Notes under the pieces: model-generated
What the model was told of the DNA's origin: nothing
Seen by the model: only the letters and a program-made list of their open reading frames with translations
Databases searched by the model: none
Position numbers and translations under genes: made by a program
Shown here: piece by piece, positions 1 through 15,611 of the stretch
How positions within the stretch are numbered: position 1 is the stretch's first letter
Layout: the number at the start of each line of letters is the position of its first letter
From: the human T2T-CHM13v2.0 reference genome, Homo sapiens
Assembly (NCBI RefSeq): GCF_009914755.1
Contig: NC_060930.1
DNA length: 64,000 nucleotides
Direction: 5' to 3' (one strand)

Positions 1-255
1 CCATTGTTTTGGGTTAAATGAGGTTTGCCAGGTGGAAGTTGCTAGGGGGAGGGTGTTAAGTGAAAATGTTATATAAATTGCATGTGTTTTGCAAGTGGTG
101 GTGGTGGTTTTGCCCAGTCTGCCACCACTGGACTCTCTCACCTGTACGTAAGTCCCCAGTAAAACCCATGTCTCATTCGCTGGCTCTAGGTCTCTTCTTC
201 AGCCTCTTGAACCTGGTGCCATCCCCGCTGGAGTCAATAGGGGTTTGGCACACCA
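1..255 (+). mobile_element. 3' part of an ERV1-class solo LTR (MER31-like) abutting or nested in Tigger1
   Basis: TATA-like ATATAAA at ~71, AGTAAA poly(A)-type signal at ~159, LTR-type end ...GGGGTTTGGCACACCA; Tigger1 sequence follows directly. Subfamily from memory. Confidence 0.55.
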
Positions 256-2160
<1,905 letters not shown>

Positions 2161-2355
2161 TAGACTCTGTATTAGTTGCTGGGGGCACAGTGTGAATCTG
2201 ACAGACATATTCATTGCTTTCTGCAAGCTTCGTCTAGTTGAGGAGACAGACAATAAACGACTCAGCAAACACTTAATACACAATTTGCCTGGAGTAAGAA
2301 AGGGCCTAGAATCTGAGACTAGCTTGGTCTGGGGACATCCTTAGGGAAATGACAA

Positions 2356-2655
<300 letters not shown>

Positions 2656-5600
2656 TGACATTTAAACTGAAGGACAAGTAGGTGTTGACCAGGGAGAGTG
2701 AAGTGGAGAGAGGAGAAGCAGCAGAAGTACATACCAGGTAGAGGGAAGAGCTCCAAGCGAGACAGTATCTACTTCACCAGGACACAGATCCGCTGGCATA
2801 TATATGTTCAATTATAGCCGCAAATAACATTTAATTTGGTGCTTTCTCCATCGTAAGTGTTCACAGCACTTACTTCTGAGTGACTAGAGAACAAATCAAG
2901 ACTAGCACAGAGAAACAAGAAGTATTGAAAGAAAAGATGGCTAACCAAACTTAGAATAAGAAGTCTTGGTGCTGAAAATAAGTATGTGAAAATAAGCCTG
3001 CAAAAATAAGCCTGGATACATTTGGCATCCCCAGTGTAAGCATCCATAATCTCAACCACTGGCAGAAACCTGTCCATTAGCATAGGACATTGCCATCAAG
3101 CAACTCACATACATGCACACGAGCGCACATGCACACCCCACATCAGAAGGAAAAAAAAACCCTTGCAAAAAAAAAAAAATCCTTTTGAATTGGCTTTTAA
3201 AATGGCAGATGATCACTGCTACTGTTCCCTGATTAAGGCAGATCAGAGTTTTCCATTAATCCCAAGGAATAACAGGTACACTCCCTTAATCATATTTAAA
3301 ATAACAAGTGAGGTGATCTGACATTATGGCAATTTATTTCCTTCATCTAACACAACAAAATTACAGGGTACTGCATGAGCAATCTACCTGGCAGCTAGGA
3401 CTTCTGATTCACATGAACAAACACAGAACAAAGATCCAGTCACATATGCCTATGGTAGGAAAGTGACTAAAACAACACAAGAAAGAAGGCAGCCTTCCTA
3501 GAAATTTTTACTCACAAGTTAAGGAAAGAGATTAGGGAAAATATCTCTATAAAAAGAGACTGGCTAAGGTTTGGCACAGACAAGCATGATGGTCTTTCCA
3601 CCAGGCCATTCTCCCAACAGAACATGTCAGTAGAAGTTATCAGAAAATGTGAGACATTTGGTTATAAATTACCAATATTATAATTGTCACATAATCAGCT
3701 CCAATTATTTTCCAGAGAATAAGCTAAGTGCTTGTGTATTCTCTCTAATACCCGCCAGCACCTGTGAGCATGATTTTATTCATTTCATTTCACAGATGGG
3801 AATCTGAGGCTTAGAAAGTTTAAATATTAATAACAGTAATGTGCATATTTCCATATGTAGCACTTTTTCTATCACTTTTTTCTAAGCACTTTTTTCACAG
3901 TTTCTCACACCAAATATAGCCTGGATTTCTAATAACTGTGGCAAACTCTGACCTGTACCACTGACTACTAGTGAACGTGGTGAAACTTTCCTAGTATCCT
4001 GTTTTCCCACTATGTAAACTGATATCCCTGATAAGGGCTGGTTCTGAATTTCTATAGTTCTAAATCGGGGCTCAGAGGCGACAACTGGTTTGTAAGGGGG
4101 TAACTTCTCTTAAAGTTGCATTTTTACTTAGATCTTAAGCTACATTATTTGGGAAGTTTTTAAAAGGGGCTAATAGAGATTCCAACTCTCTTCCCTCCTG
4201 CCCAACTCCAAGACACCTCTTGGTCATGCACTCAGCTGGTGACCTTGAAAGCAATCCTATTAGGAGTATGGAGGTGGCTCGAGCCTCCATACTGTTGTTC
4301 CAATAATGGTTTTAGAATGACAGGTTCTGCTGAATCTTCGTATTTTAATATCTTTTTACTACTTTATTAGGCCTGCAACTTTAATTTAGAATGAATCTAG
4401 TCCCCCAAACCATATATATTCAAGATCAAAACTGTTAGGATAATTTTTCTGGGTCTATACTCCTGAACTTCATTCCCACTCCACACTGGACCTGGGATTG
4501 TAAATTCTTTGGAATCTAGAAAGATTATATGAGAATTTCCTTACTAACAAACCATTGCTGGGCAGATAGCCTGAAAAACAGGACCTGCATTTTACAGTTG
4601 GCATAAATGTCAAATAATGCTCTGGTAAACATTCAAACAATGCCTTATGTCCATCTGTGACACACTTTGGGCCTCGGCATCTGGGTCTGGGGTATAATGG
4701 GGTATGACTTATCTTCTCAAATTGGCAAATCTAGAACATAAACTTAATATAACATATGGAAGGTGCAACATAAAGTGGGCTTTTCCTAAATGTCTAGATG
4801 ATCTGAGAATTAAGATGGAGTCTCTCAGTAAAATCACCTTCATTGCTCTTAAGTTTCTGCTAAATGAAAAACATAGTCAAGGTGCCTGGAGCCACCTGGA
4901 GAATTTCTGTAACAACGAATTAAAGTTGCTCTTGGAGACACACAGATGTTAATGGAAATGGACATTCAATTCAAACCCAGACTATAATCTTTTAATAAAT
5001 AATATCTAAGAGTTATCAGCTGGGAGGCTCTAAGTAAACACTTAATTGTGTTTGGTTCCTATGATTGGAGGAGTCAGCTCTTTTAGCTCCATCAATTATA
5101 GCTCTGGAAACAGGCACACAATTTTTCAGCCTTTTAGTTTTATATAGCAAGCAAATTACACTTTATATTGTACCTCACTATACAAAAACTTTGGTTATAC
5201 ACAGGTTAAATCATGTTCCTCTTGTACACAGTAACGCATGTGGTAATTTCTACTTATATAACACATAATGCCTGGGGAACAGCTGTATTCATTTATTCAA
5301 ATAGTTACAGAGAATCCAATGAGTACAAGACATACATTAGATGATGTGATCCTTGCTCCATCCCCTATTATTTTTATATAAATATTTTGAATAAAATATT
5401 ACATTTAAGATCTCTTCAGCAAATAAAAGTTTATGCCAATGAATTTGACCTCAAGATTTCCTCCTCAAAATAAGGATCTTTGATACCACTGTTCTAAAAT
5501 ACATTTTTGCCTCCCTAGCTGTTAAATTTTACGGCTAAAACCTTTTGCCTAGCCCTAAAATGCCACACATAAGGACACTGGGAAAAGACAATGGTGCAAG

Positions 5601-6107
5601 CCTTACAGAACAAAAGAGAAAAAGAAACAAGGAGATATATGAGAATGATTCTATAGAGGCATTCATATTTCTTATTCTAAGACTTCTCTTGGAAAACAAA
5701 AAGATTCATGACTTAGAAAAGGACATTACAGTTGCTAGATCATCACTTATCTGATAGGAATATAAATGGTAAACACTAGATTATATTTCGTTTGGAAACC
5801 TTAACTGGAGGAAATTCTACCTTTACAGTGGAAAAGCCAAAAGAAGAGAAGTCACTGCAGGCTCCAGAAATACACATTTTAACAAAGTGGGGGCGGGGGA
5901 GTACAGTTTCTCAGAACCACTGTGTCCCGATCTCAAGGAGAAGTTGTATTTCTTTACAATTTAATCTATGATTAGCTAACAAAAGGGACAGAAAGCATTA
6001 TTAACCTTAATATTCACAAAGTGGTCAATTAATAGCACCTTGTAACTATATACCTTTGTTTTTCCACCAAAGAAAAATGAATAGCATGACAGAAAACAAC
6101 AAAACAG

Positions 6108-6407
6108 GGCTGGGTGCAGTGGCTCACTCCTGCAATCCCAGCACTTTGGGAGATCAAGGTGTGGGGATCACTTGAGCCCAGGAGTTGGAGACCAGCCTAA
6201 GCAACAAAGTGAGACCCCACCTCTACAAAATTAAAAGAAAAAAAACAGCCAAGTGTGGTGGTATGCACCTCTAGTTGCAAGCTACTTGGAAGGCTGAGGA
6301 GGATCACTTGAGCCCAGGAGTTCAAAGTTGCAGTGAGCCATGATCATACCACTGCACTTCAGCCTGGAAAACAGAGCAAGAGTTTGCCTCAAAAAAAAAA
6401 AAAAAAA
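6108..6407 (+). mobile_element. AluJ
   Basis: Dimeric Alu with A tail. Confidence 0.93.
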
Positions 6408-6649
6408 GGGGGGAGGAGCAGGAGGAGGAGAAGAAGACAACAACAAAGAGATAATCTCTGGTATACTAATAGACAAATGCAGTTTCATAGAGAGCAATAT
6501 GATTAATGTATCAAACACAGAATTGTCTCTTTCCAAGTAGTTACCTTGAAAGGACAATTCTAATGCTATCAACATTTCTTAGAATTTCTATATTATGAAG
6601 ACCTTCAGAGTCTGTGAAAGTTATTTTAAGTGTTAAGTTTACCTTTGTT

Positions 6650-7200
6650 TCATAATGTTCCATTTACTCTGAAAAGTACAGGGTATAAAGAGGAGTGAGT
6701 CCTGGCCCTTACAAAGCTTACAGTGTCAAGAAGGACATGGGTGTGTGCATGGATGATTTCATTACACTGATGTAAGTCAGTAATGGATTTACAGTGCGGA
6801 AGGAGCACAGTGAGGGGCTGCCCTTTGTGCCAGGAATGAGGAGGCTGGGAGCGAGAGAGGAGGTTTCCTGCAGATGGCACCCAAGGAAAGTCTGGAGAAG
6901 ATGCCATGTGATCTGATTCTACAGAGTAAGTCAGAGTTATCCAAATGAGGAAGCAAGATGAGGAAAATGGACAGATGAGCATGAGTAGGACACAGAGGCA
7001 TGCAAGAACATGATGGAGCAGGCAAATGCAACAAGCACTTTGGTGCTGCCGGAGCACAAAGTGCAAAGAGTGGCAGGAAAGAGGATGGAGAAGGCAAAAG
7101 GGACCAGCTGGTAGGTAGTCTAGGTGCCATGCTAAGGGGCTTGGACTATTCCTTAGGTCAGGGGTCACAAAAGCAATGACTACGGTAATGTAGATAACTG
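6650..7200 (-). mobile_element. L2 LINE 3' fragment, decayed
   Basis: L2-type motifs (CCTGGCCCTTACAAAGCTTACAGT, GCCATGCTAAGGGGCTTGGACTATT). Confidence 0.55.
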
Positions 7201-8940
7201 AGGCAGGCCATGTAATGCATATTCTAGAAGAGGGGCACTGGAGCACGCATGACCCATCTATAGCATATGGTGACAGCTGCTACTTAGCTCCAGCTGATGA
7301 CTGCTTTGAAGAAAGAGGACAAGGGTGGCTGTGTCTTCCAATTTTTCAAGGGAAGCTGAAATCTAGATTATGAAAAAATCAGTTCCTAAATGTTGACTCA
7401 TAAACACCTGCAGGGGACAAATAAACTTAGCTACAGACTAAATATGGCTCCAAGACTCCTAGTCAAGACCTCTGTTTCATGAGAAGTTTATTTCTAATGG
7501 GCAGATATTTCCATTGGAAAGATGTCATAGTGGCACGCTATGGAGGATGGGTTGGAAAGAGGAAAGACTGAAAGCAGGAAGACCATGATCCACCTAGAGA
7601 GTTATGAGTCTTTCGTCTTTTGAGGGAGATGATAATTTTGATAAAATCAAGTAAAAGTCATTTAGAGTCAAGTCTCATGAGCAAATTTAGTATTAGATCT
7701 GGACATCAATCAGGTTTTATATAAAAACAACACAGGAGTATAAAGTCAATCAGATGACTGCTTTAGGCAGTTCACAGAATGGGTCAGGAGGCCATTACAA
7801 AGCAGAAGTTGTAAAATGTATTGTGTAATAGTCATGAAGCCTCTAGAAGTGTCTATCCACAGGTAAACATTGTGTGGATGTCTTGCTTCTATAATGAAAT
7901 TTAAAAGACTCTTTGCCCATTATTCTGTGCTCCCGCCTTTAAGGTCTGTGTGAGCTTCCAACCTCAGCCAGACATTTGGGATGGGATAGGAGTCTATATC
8001 CCTTAAACGCCCTGTTTCAGATTAAAATCTTGAAGCTAATGGCTTCACAGTTGGCACACACTTAACATTTCTGCCACTCTCATCCTCTCCCTTTCCTGAC
8101 TTCAATTTATACTCTTGCATTATTTGTACACATTTTTCTTCCTCCACTTCTGTGAGCAGAAACCATGTCAATTATCTTTGCATTACTTCCACAAAACCCC
8201 AGCAGAGTAATCTGCCACAGAGTGAGCATTTAACAAATGCTGGTTTAGGAGGAAAATGCCTTATTACTTAATAATCGCTGTGCTCAGCAAAATTCACCGT
8301 CTAAGGCAGGTTTGCCTTGAGACCTATCCAAGGGCATTTAGTTACTGCAGCACCTAAACAGTCTCTCCTAAGCCAGTCCTGAAGTCAGCATTACAAGGAG
8401 GCTTGAGGTTCCGAGGTATAAGAGCATCAGCATAAGCCCAGCTCGCTCCCAGTGATTATTTAATTACTGTGGTAATAACAGTCAGGTATGTAAAACATTA
8501 CACTCCTACCGATTACATGGAAGAGTAATCACTCCTTCAAGAATTATCTAGTCTGCCATCTAAACAAACTATTGTCACCCCACCAGATAACTATGAAGCC
8601 ACCATAGAAGGCCAGATGTTAATCTCCATGTTCTCTCTTACTGAGTTATTTGATGTTTGCCCAACAGTATGGTACCTGAAAAGATGGTACTCATCATTAG
8701 CCAGGATAATCCTGAACAGAAACATTCAACTCATCAAATTTAGATGGCAAACTTCTTTATTACTGGTAGAAAAAAGACACTAAGCATGAAAACCAGGTTT
8801 GGGTATGGTTGGCAGATGAGGCCATGGGGTAGGAAAAGAAAAGTTTCTGATTGTGTATCGCAATAGTCACACACAAAAAATAAACTGTATGTCATCTTGC
8901 TATGATGCTTTGGGAATACTTAATTTAGAAAATAAGAGAT

Positions 8941-9261
<321 letters not shown>

Positions 9262-9539
9262 TTAAGAGTCCATTAAAAGGTGCAACAAATGATACAGGCA
9301 ACTAGTGACTGGTAATAATAATAATCAGAACAGTGCAACAACATTTAAGTGGAAAAGGTAAAATGAAATTGTCTACACATCCAGGTTTCTGTGTTCTCAT
9401 GCAGTACAGAGGCTGTCTGCTCCTTGATGTTCTCTTAATAACCACATTCATTTCAGGACCCAACCATATCCAACGTCAGGAAGCAGTAAGGACGAACGAA
9501 CCAGAGAAGACACAAATTCAGAACGTAACAATGCTACAG

Positions 9540-9710
9540 ACCAGAACTGTGTTGTCCAATAAGGTGGTCACATGTGGCTATTTAACTAAAATTTTGTTTC
9601 TCAGTTGCACTAGCTATATTTCAAGCTCTGCAGCTGTGGCTATTGTATTGGACAGTGCATATACAGAACATTTCCATCATTTTCCATGGAACAAAGCTGG
9701 ACTACAAAGT
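9540..9710. mobile_element. MER3-like hAT-Charlie element
   Basis: CTGTGTTGTCCAATA...CACATGTGGCTA...TATTGGACAGTGCA internal inverted repeats. Confidence 0.65.
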
Positions 9711-10149
9711 GAATATTCCTATTGTTAAGATGGACCCAATGAAAAATTCAGTCAAAGTCAATAGTGTTATTCATTGAGCATAATTAGAGATATCCACGGT
9801 TATCTGGTTATTTTATTGAATGTGTCATAGAGACAATTGGTGATCCACAGAAAGTTTGGACATCCTTATCAGCACAGGATTTTTTTCTCCCAGTATTCCT
9901 CCAATACCTACCCTTGCCCTTCCCACCACTATGGGCAGGGATAGAAAGAAAAATGGTAGGGGGTCAGAAACTCCTTGATTAAGTCTCTCTTATCCAAGAA
10001 GCTGCAAAAATTGCCAAAAATAAGTAGGTTTTTCGAAGCATCTTCTTTCCTCCCCTTTCTCTTCCTTTTTAAAAAAATACTAAAAGACAACTAAACAAAA
10101 ACAACAACAGGAGACAGGCAGAGGTATTCAAGAAAATTATTAAGAAGAG

Positions 10150-10479
<330 letters not shown>

Positions 10480-12022
10480 CTATCCTAAGTTACTGTCCAA
10501 GACATCCAAGGAAAAGTACCACAAATCAAGAATGTTTCCAAAAATACCCCATGAGAACAATTCAACAAATCTACATTAATTTTAAAAGTTACCAACTTTT
10601 CAGAGGCAAAATGATTTGCTGCTAAAAATTTAAAGTCCTGAGTTTTCATCCAGAGCAACACACTCTGGTTCAATGATGTAATTCACAGGCAAATAAAAGA
10701 ATCACATTAAGTCACCCTCCAGTCATAGCATCATTTGATTTCTGAGGTCATTTGGTTCTCAGACAGGAGCCAGGTCTGATAGTAAATAAAAATCAACTAC
10801 AGTAGTAAGATTCTACTTATTAGAACTTCCCTGTGTACTGTCTCATAAAAATGAAGTAATATGCTTTTGGATTTAATGTAGACAGTTTCAATTATATTTA
10901 AGAAAAGCAAAGTAAGATTAATTCGAGAAACAGGAAAAAGAAAACGAGTCCTCAGACACTGGATTCTATTTAACACTCTTCACTTTATCATTGCTTAAAT
11001 ATTTGCTTTCTACTTTGTCATGCTACCTCTCTGCATCACAGAAGAAAATTTGATACCTCAGTGACAGAATAATTTAAGAGCAAGCTAAAAATTAATCAGC
11101 ACATAAAAGCAAGAAAACTCATAACCCATCTGTTTAAGAACAGCTTATATATTTTGGGGAAGGGGAAGCAAGACTTAGGATGCTGGAAAATGTAAAACAC
11201 AGGCCTTAAAGCTCCTTTTTCAAAAATGTCTGATGTTGCTGTCTCTGGCTGATAATTACAGCCCTGGGAGGGCAGCTGTGAGACAATGCTGACAATGATG
11301 CAGTACACAGGCTCTCAAGAAGCTGGTAAGCTGCTGCTACCTTTCATACTGTGAAAGAACAACACAAGGGTCAGACTTCCCTTTTCTGTAACCTGTGCAT
11401 TTCAACTGCCATACACGAATTCAGTTATCATCAACAGTTATACAACCTCATGATCTCCTCCCTGCTCCCTAGCTTCACCCTCCACATTCGCCCTCAATGT
11501 TTGCTGTGCTCCTCTTTACTCTTGACATTTTAGTATAGAAAGGGAAGTGACATTTTGACCCTCTGCCTAGAAAAGGTTGCACTCTTGAGTCACTTTAACT
11601 CATCCTTTAAAGCAGAAACTCACTTCATTAAAATAAGCAAAAATTATCTGAGGCACCTAAGGAAGGTGGGGAGATGTTCGTTTAAACCTTGATAACTCAG
11701 TATTTCCTCCTCTTGATGAGGACAGAGTGACTGGTCACTGCTGAAGTGAGCATGGGAAAAATTAAACATCTCTAGGCCAAGAAAGTAGCTTAAGTCAAAA
11801 AAGGCAACTGATCTGAAATACACCGAATCTACAAAAACTGTTTCCCATTTCATGCATACACAACCCTACAGAGGGTATAAACACTACCAGCAAACCGTGC
11901 TAGGAGGTCACAAGCACTCCCTGGAGCATGCACGAGCAGCACAGTTTATAAAACGTTCTATAGGCAGTGTGGGAGACAAGGGCTGGATCTGGCTCCGACC
12001 AAAGGGTGGAGCTAATGCATAC

Positions 12023-12155
12023 CTTTTGGTCTTCTGGAATTTCCATTCTTTTGCTGTTCGTCTTCCTCATTAATGGTGAATAAACCAAGAGGAATTGGCC
12101 TTGCATTGGTCTTCTTCAGTCTCTCATGTCGGAGAGCTGTAGCTGATCCAGGCAT
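12023..12155 (-). CDS. MAP7: MAP7 alternative first coding exon (MPGSATALRHERLKKTNARPIPLGLFTINEEDEQQKNGNSRRPK)
   Basis: ATG at 12155, 44 codons + 1 nt, then donor AAG|GTATG. Same phase 1 as canonical exon 1. Peptide recognised as an alternative MAP7 N-terminus. Too short for the ORF track. Confidence 0.9.
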
Positions 12156-12457
12156 ACCGCTGCTACTTGTTTTTTTTTTTTTTAATTGTGATTATATTAA
12201 AAATATATGCTTATGTAATTGCAGCTCCCAGGAAGCTGCTAGTTCCTAAGCTGCCTGTTCATTTGAGCACTTGTAATAGATCCCCTATGGGTAAACAGTT
12301 TGCAAACAGCTGACAGATAGTACCAGCCACTTGGCAACTGAGGCCCTGCAGTTCCCCTCACCTAGCAGCAGCTTCCCCACCTCCCCTACCAGCCCCCTCC
12401 CACTGACTCCCCGACAGGCACATGCGCTGGTGATTGCTCCGGCTCATGCATGCACGT

Positions 12458-12492
<35 letters not shown>

Positions 12493-13000
12493 CCTTCCAG
12501 AAAAGCCCTACTACAGACACGCAGGGTCTGATGCCTCCCACCACTGCACAACCTGTTCAATCAGATCCCAGCTTCTTCCTGCTGCAGCACCTTTTTCCAA
12601 TCTTCTTCCTGCTACCACACAGTAAAATATTCAGCCCACAGCAGAGAGGGGAAAATATGATATGCTGCCGTTAACAGTTGCCCTGACAACCCTAACATAT
12701 CCTAATCAAGAAGGGCCCAGAGCGGCTCCATCTCCCCAGCTGAGAAGCGGCAGCTTGCAGGATGCTGGGTTCTGGGAACTCACCAGCAGAGGGTTACAGC
12801 GTGAGGCCGCTGGGCAGCTCCCTCTTCCTCTCAGCGGCAGCGCAGCAGGATGGGAGGAGAAAGAGTTTTGCTTGCACAAGCAGCAGTAGACTCCTCAGTA
12901 TGGAGACAGAAGCCTGAGGAAGAAAGGCTTTTTCTTCTTTTCTGGGCCAGGTTGTCTATCATAACAATGTTTGCAAGCCCCTGGATGAATGAAGGCATGG
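12156..13000 (-). promoter_or_regulatory. MAP7: Alternative MAP7 promoter and 5' UTR exon region
   Basis: GC-richer, repeat-poor sequence upstream of the alternative ATG; minus-strand donors at 12784|12783 (CTG|GTGAGT) and 12362|12361 (TAG|GTGAG); acceptor TTTACCCATAG| at 12285. Confidence 0.6.
12445..12491. repeat. (CG)n(CA)n microsatellite in a 47-nt purine/pyrimidine alternation
   Basis: CATGCATGCACGTACACGCGCGCGCACACA...C read directly. Confidence 0.95.
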
Positions 13001-13714
13001 CTGGTACCCACAGAGCAGCTCACTTTACTTTCCTGACATTCTTACCACCCCAGAGCATGTATAAGAACAGGGTTGGCAGCACCAGTCATGAGGGCCACCA
13101 GTGCCATGTCCCTGAAACCCTCTGGTGAAGACAGGCAAGGGAAGAACTATGCTGGCTCCCACCAGAGATCACAACGTGGAGTGTCTCCTCTGCAACTCAA
13201 GTTTCAAGGACAGAACCTATACTGGGGAATTCTCCAAAGGAGAAAAACCTGTCTCTATTACACCCAGCACACCCCCCACCCTCAATCCCTACCGCTCTGG
13301 GCAGTTGCTACCAGCGGTGCTGAGCAATGCTCAACACTTGACCCAATTTTAGCTCTTTTTTGGATCGTTTTCTTCAAAGCACAGAATCATGTGACTATTG
13401 TTTTCTCCTGAAATAAGCTATCTCACTTTAAGACTCTCCACTTCTAGACTGCTTAAAATGTGTGCTGTCTCCAAAAAAAATTTACAATAAATGACATTAA
13501 AACATGCCAACTGCCAAATTAAGAAAAAACATTTTTTTTGCTTTTGTGTTTTAATAAAAATCAAGTCTGCTTAGCAAGTCAAAAGCAATCCTCCCACTCC
13601 CCAACTACTCCCTTACTTTTTCTCAGTACTTAAACCTACTTACCCAAAAGAGGGCCCAAGGGAGTCTAAGGCAAGTACAATATCCTCTCTAAATCTCTTG
13701 CGTGGAACAGTAAC

Positions 13715-13860
13715 TTTGGACAATTCACTTAACTCTCTCAGTGCCTCCGTTTTCTCTGTAAAATTGGGGTGATGACTATCATTTACCTATGGTATTAGGG
13801 TGAGGATTAAATGCGTGTAGTGCTAGCAACTTGAAGTGCTTAATAAATACCAACTATTAT
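13715..13860 (+). mobile_element. MIR SINE
   Basis: Core CACTTAACTCTCT..GTGCCTCCGTTTCT..CTGTAAAA...GTGAGGATTAAATG. Confidence 0.75.
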
Positions 13861-15324
13861 TATACTTTATAATAGTTTGCTGTAACTAGTCCATTTTTTG
13901 CTTTGTAATTATTTTCAAGGTATTTCCAGTTCAACTATCAATGCTACCAGGAAGTACTTCTTTGTATCTACTCTTATTGTCCAGCATGGTGCTGGGGGAT
14001 GTACTAAATTGTGAGCAAACACATGCTGAAAAAAATAAATGAATCTTAAGAACTCTTTCCCTCCACAGGCTGCTTGATTTAATTAAGTTCACATGTATTT
14101 AGATCTCTGGCATGAAGAAACGCAGGAAATTTCAGTTTTAGAGTTTATTTTAAATTGTGTCAATCTGTGCAGTGGGTCTTTGGAATAAAATAGAATGGAG
14201 TTTTGGAGCTGAATGGGCCTGAGAAAGCAAGTGAGTCAGCATCGTTTTACATGCGAGGAAGCTGAATCTCACGAAGTGAAATTCCTTGCCTAGGTCAAAT
14301 GTTAGTTGGCAGCAAGTCTACAATTAAAATTTAGACCATCTTCCTCCTAGTCCAGTGCTTCTCCCGATGACAAATGTTTGACCCAGATGTTTTAGAATCC
14401 TAGATCGATCTCCAATTTATGTGGAGATGGAAGGAAAGGGAGGACGCATATAAGATCTTATTGTTTAAGAAATAAAAAAATGGATACAAATTGTAAACGT
14501 AACATACTTCCATAATTTTCTATATTTGTAAACTTTTATTCTTGAATGAGACATGATTTGTTATTTCCTATTATTTTTCTTTAATCAGATGATCAATAAA
14601 CACAGGTGTAATATACATCAATATCATACTATTTGTGAAATGAAAATATTTTCAAATCCACATTAGCTTCTTTCCTCTACTTCAAGAGAGTCAGGTCAGT
14701 ATTTACAATAGCAAAAGCATAACAAAACAAAAAAGCAAAATAATAACAAAAAAAACCCCACATACAAAATAAGCATACTTGAAACTACCTTTTGGTAAAG
14801 AAAATGAAAATCTGTATTAAGCAAATGACTAATTTCATTTAGAAATGTTTGTCACCCAAATACAGCTTACAGCTTCCAAACAAAGCTAGCTGCTGCTCTA
14901 ATAACTAACACATTATCTCCACTGAGTCAAGATGCTCTCATCCTGCTGTCGTGTAAATCCTGACCCCAACATCAACTAGCTGTGTCACTGTCACAGAAAA
15001 GCAAACAGCACAAGATCAAATAATAACAATAAAGGATTTTTTTCCTTCCCTTATAAAGGACACATTTTTCACTTAAGACATAAATTCATTTGAGATTAGT
15101 TTCTTAAATGTTCACACCCAATCTTTAATGGATATAGGGGTTAGCTCCTGGGGAATTCCAGGAATACTGTGGCTTGATCCCTGTAGAGGTGTGGGTACCA
15201 TCTTCTCGCAATTCCCTTTTACATTTTGATCCAAACCAAAGGCAAATACGGAAAGGGATATGGTGAGACCTTAAATTTAAATATCCGCCAAAGTAAAATA
15301 AACACTACTCTGAATTCCTGAACT

Positions 15325-15611
15325 CTTTGAGATGGAGTCTCGCTGTCGCCAGGCTGGAGTGCAGTCGCAGTCTTGGCTCACTGCAACCTCCACCTCGCGG
15401 GTTCAAGTGATTCTCCTGCCTCAGCCTCCTGAGTAACTGGGATTACAGGCATCTGCCACCACACCCAGCTAATTTTTTTTTTGCATTTTTAGTAGAGATG
15501 GGGTTTCACTATGTTGGCCAGGCTGGTCTTTGACTCCTGACCTCAAGTGATCCACCCACCTTGGCTTCTCAAAGTGCTGGGATTAAAGGTTATAAACCAC
15601 CGCGCCCAGCC
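15325..15611 (-). mobile_element. AluS
   Basis: Reverse Alu, TSD TCCTGAACTCTT, almost no A tail. Confidence 0.93.

Noticed and set aside
6867-6881. CTCF-like motif CCTGCAGATGGCAC
   Set aside because: Single imperfect match inside an old repeat; not supportable without ChIP data
6650-7246. 198-aa ORF
   Set aside because: Lies in decayed L2-like sequence; no recognisable protein or exon structure
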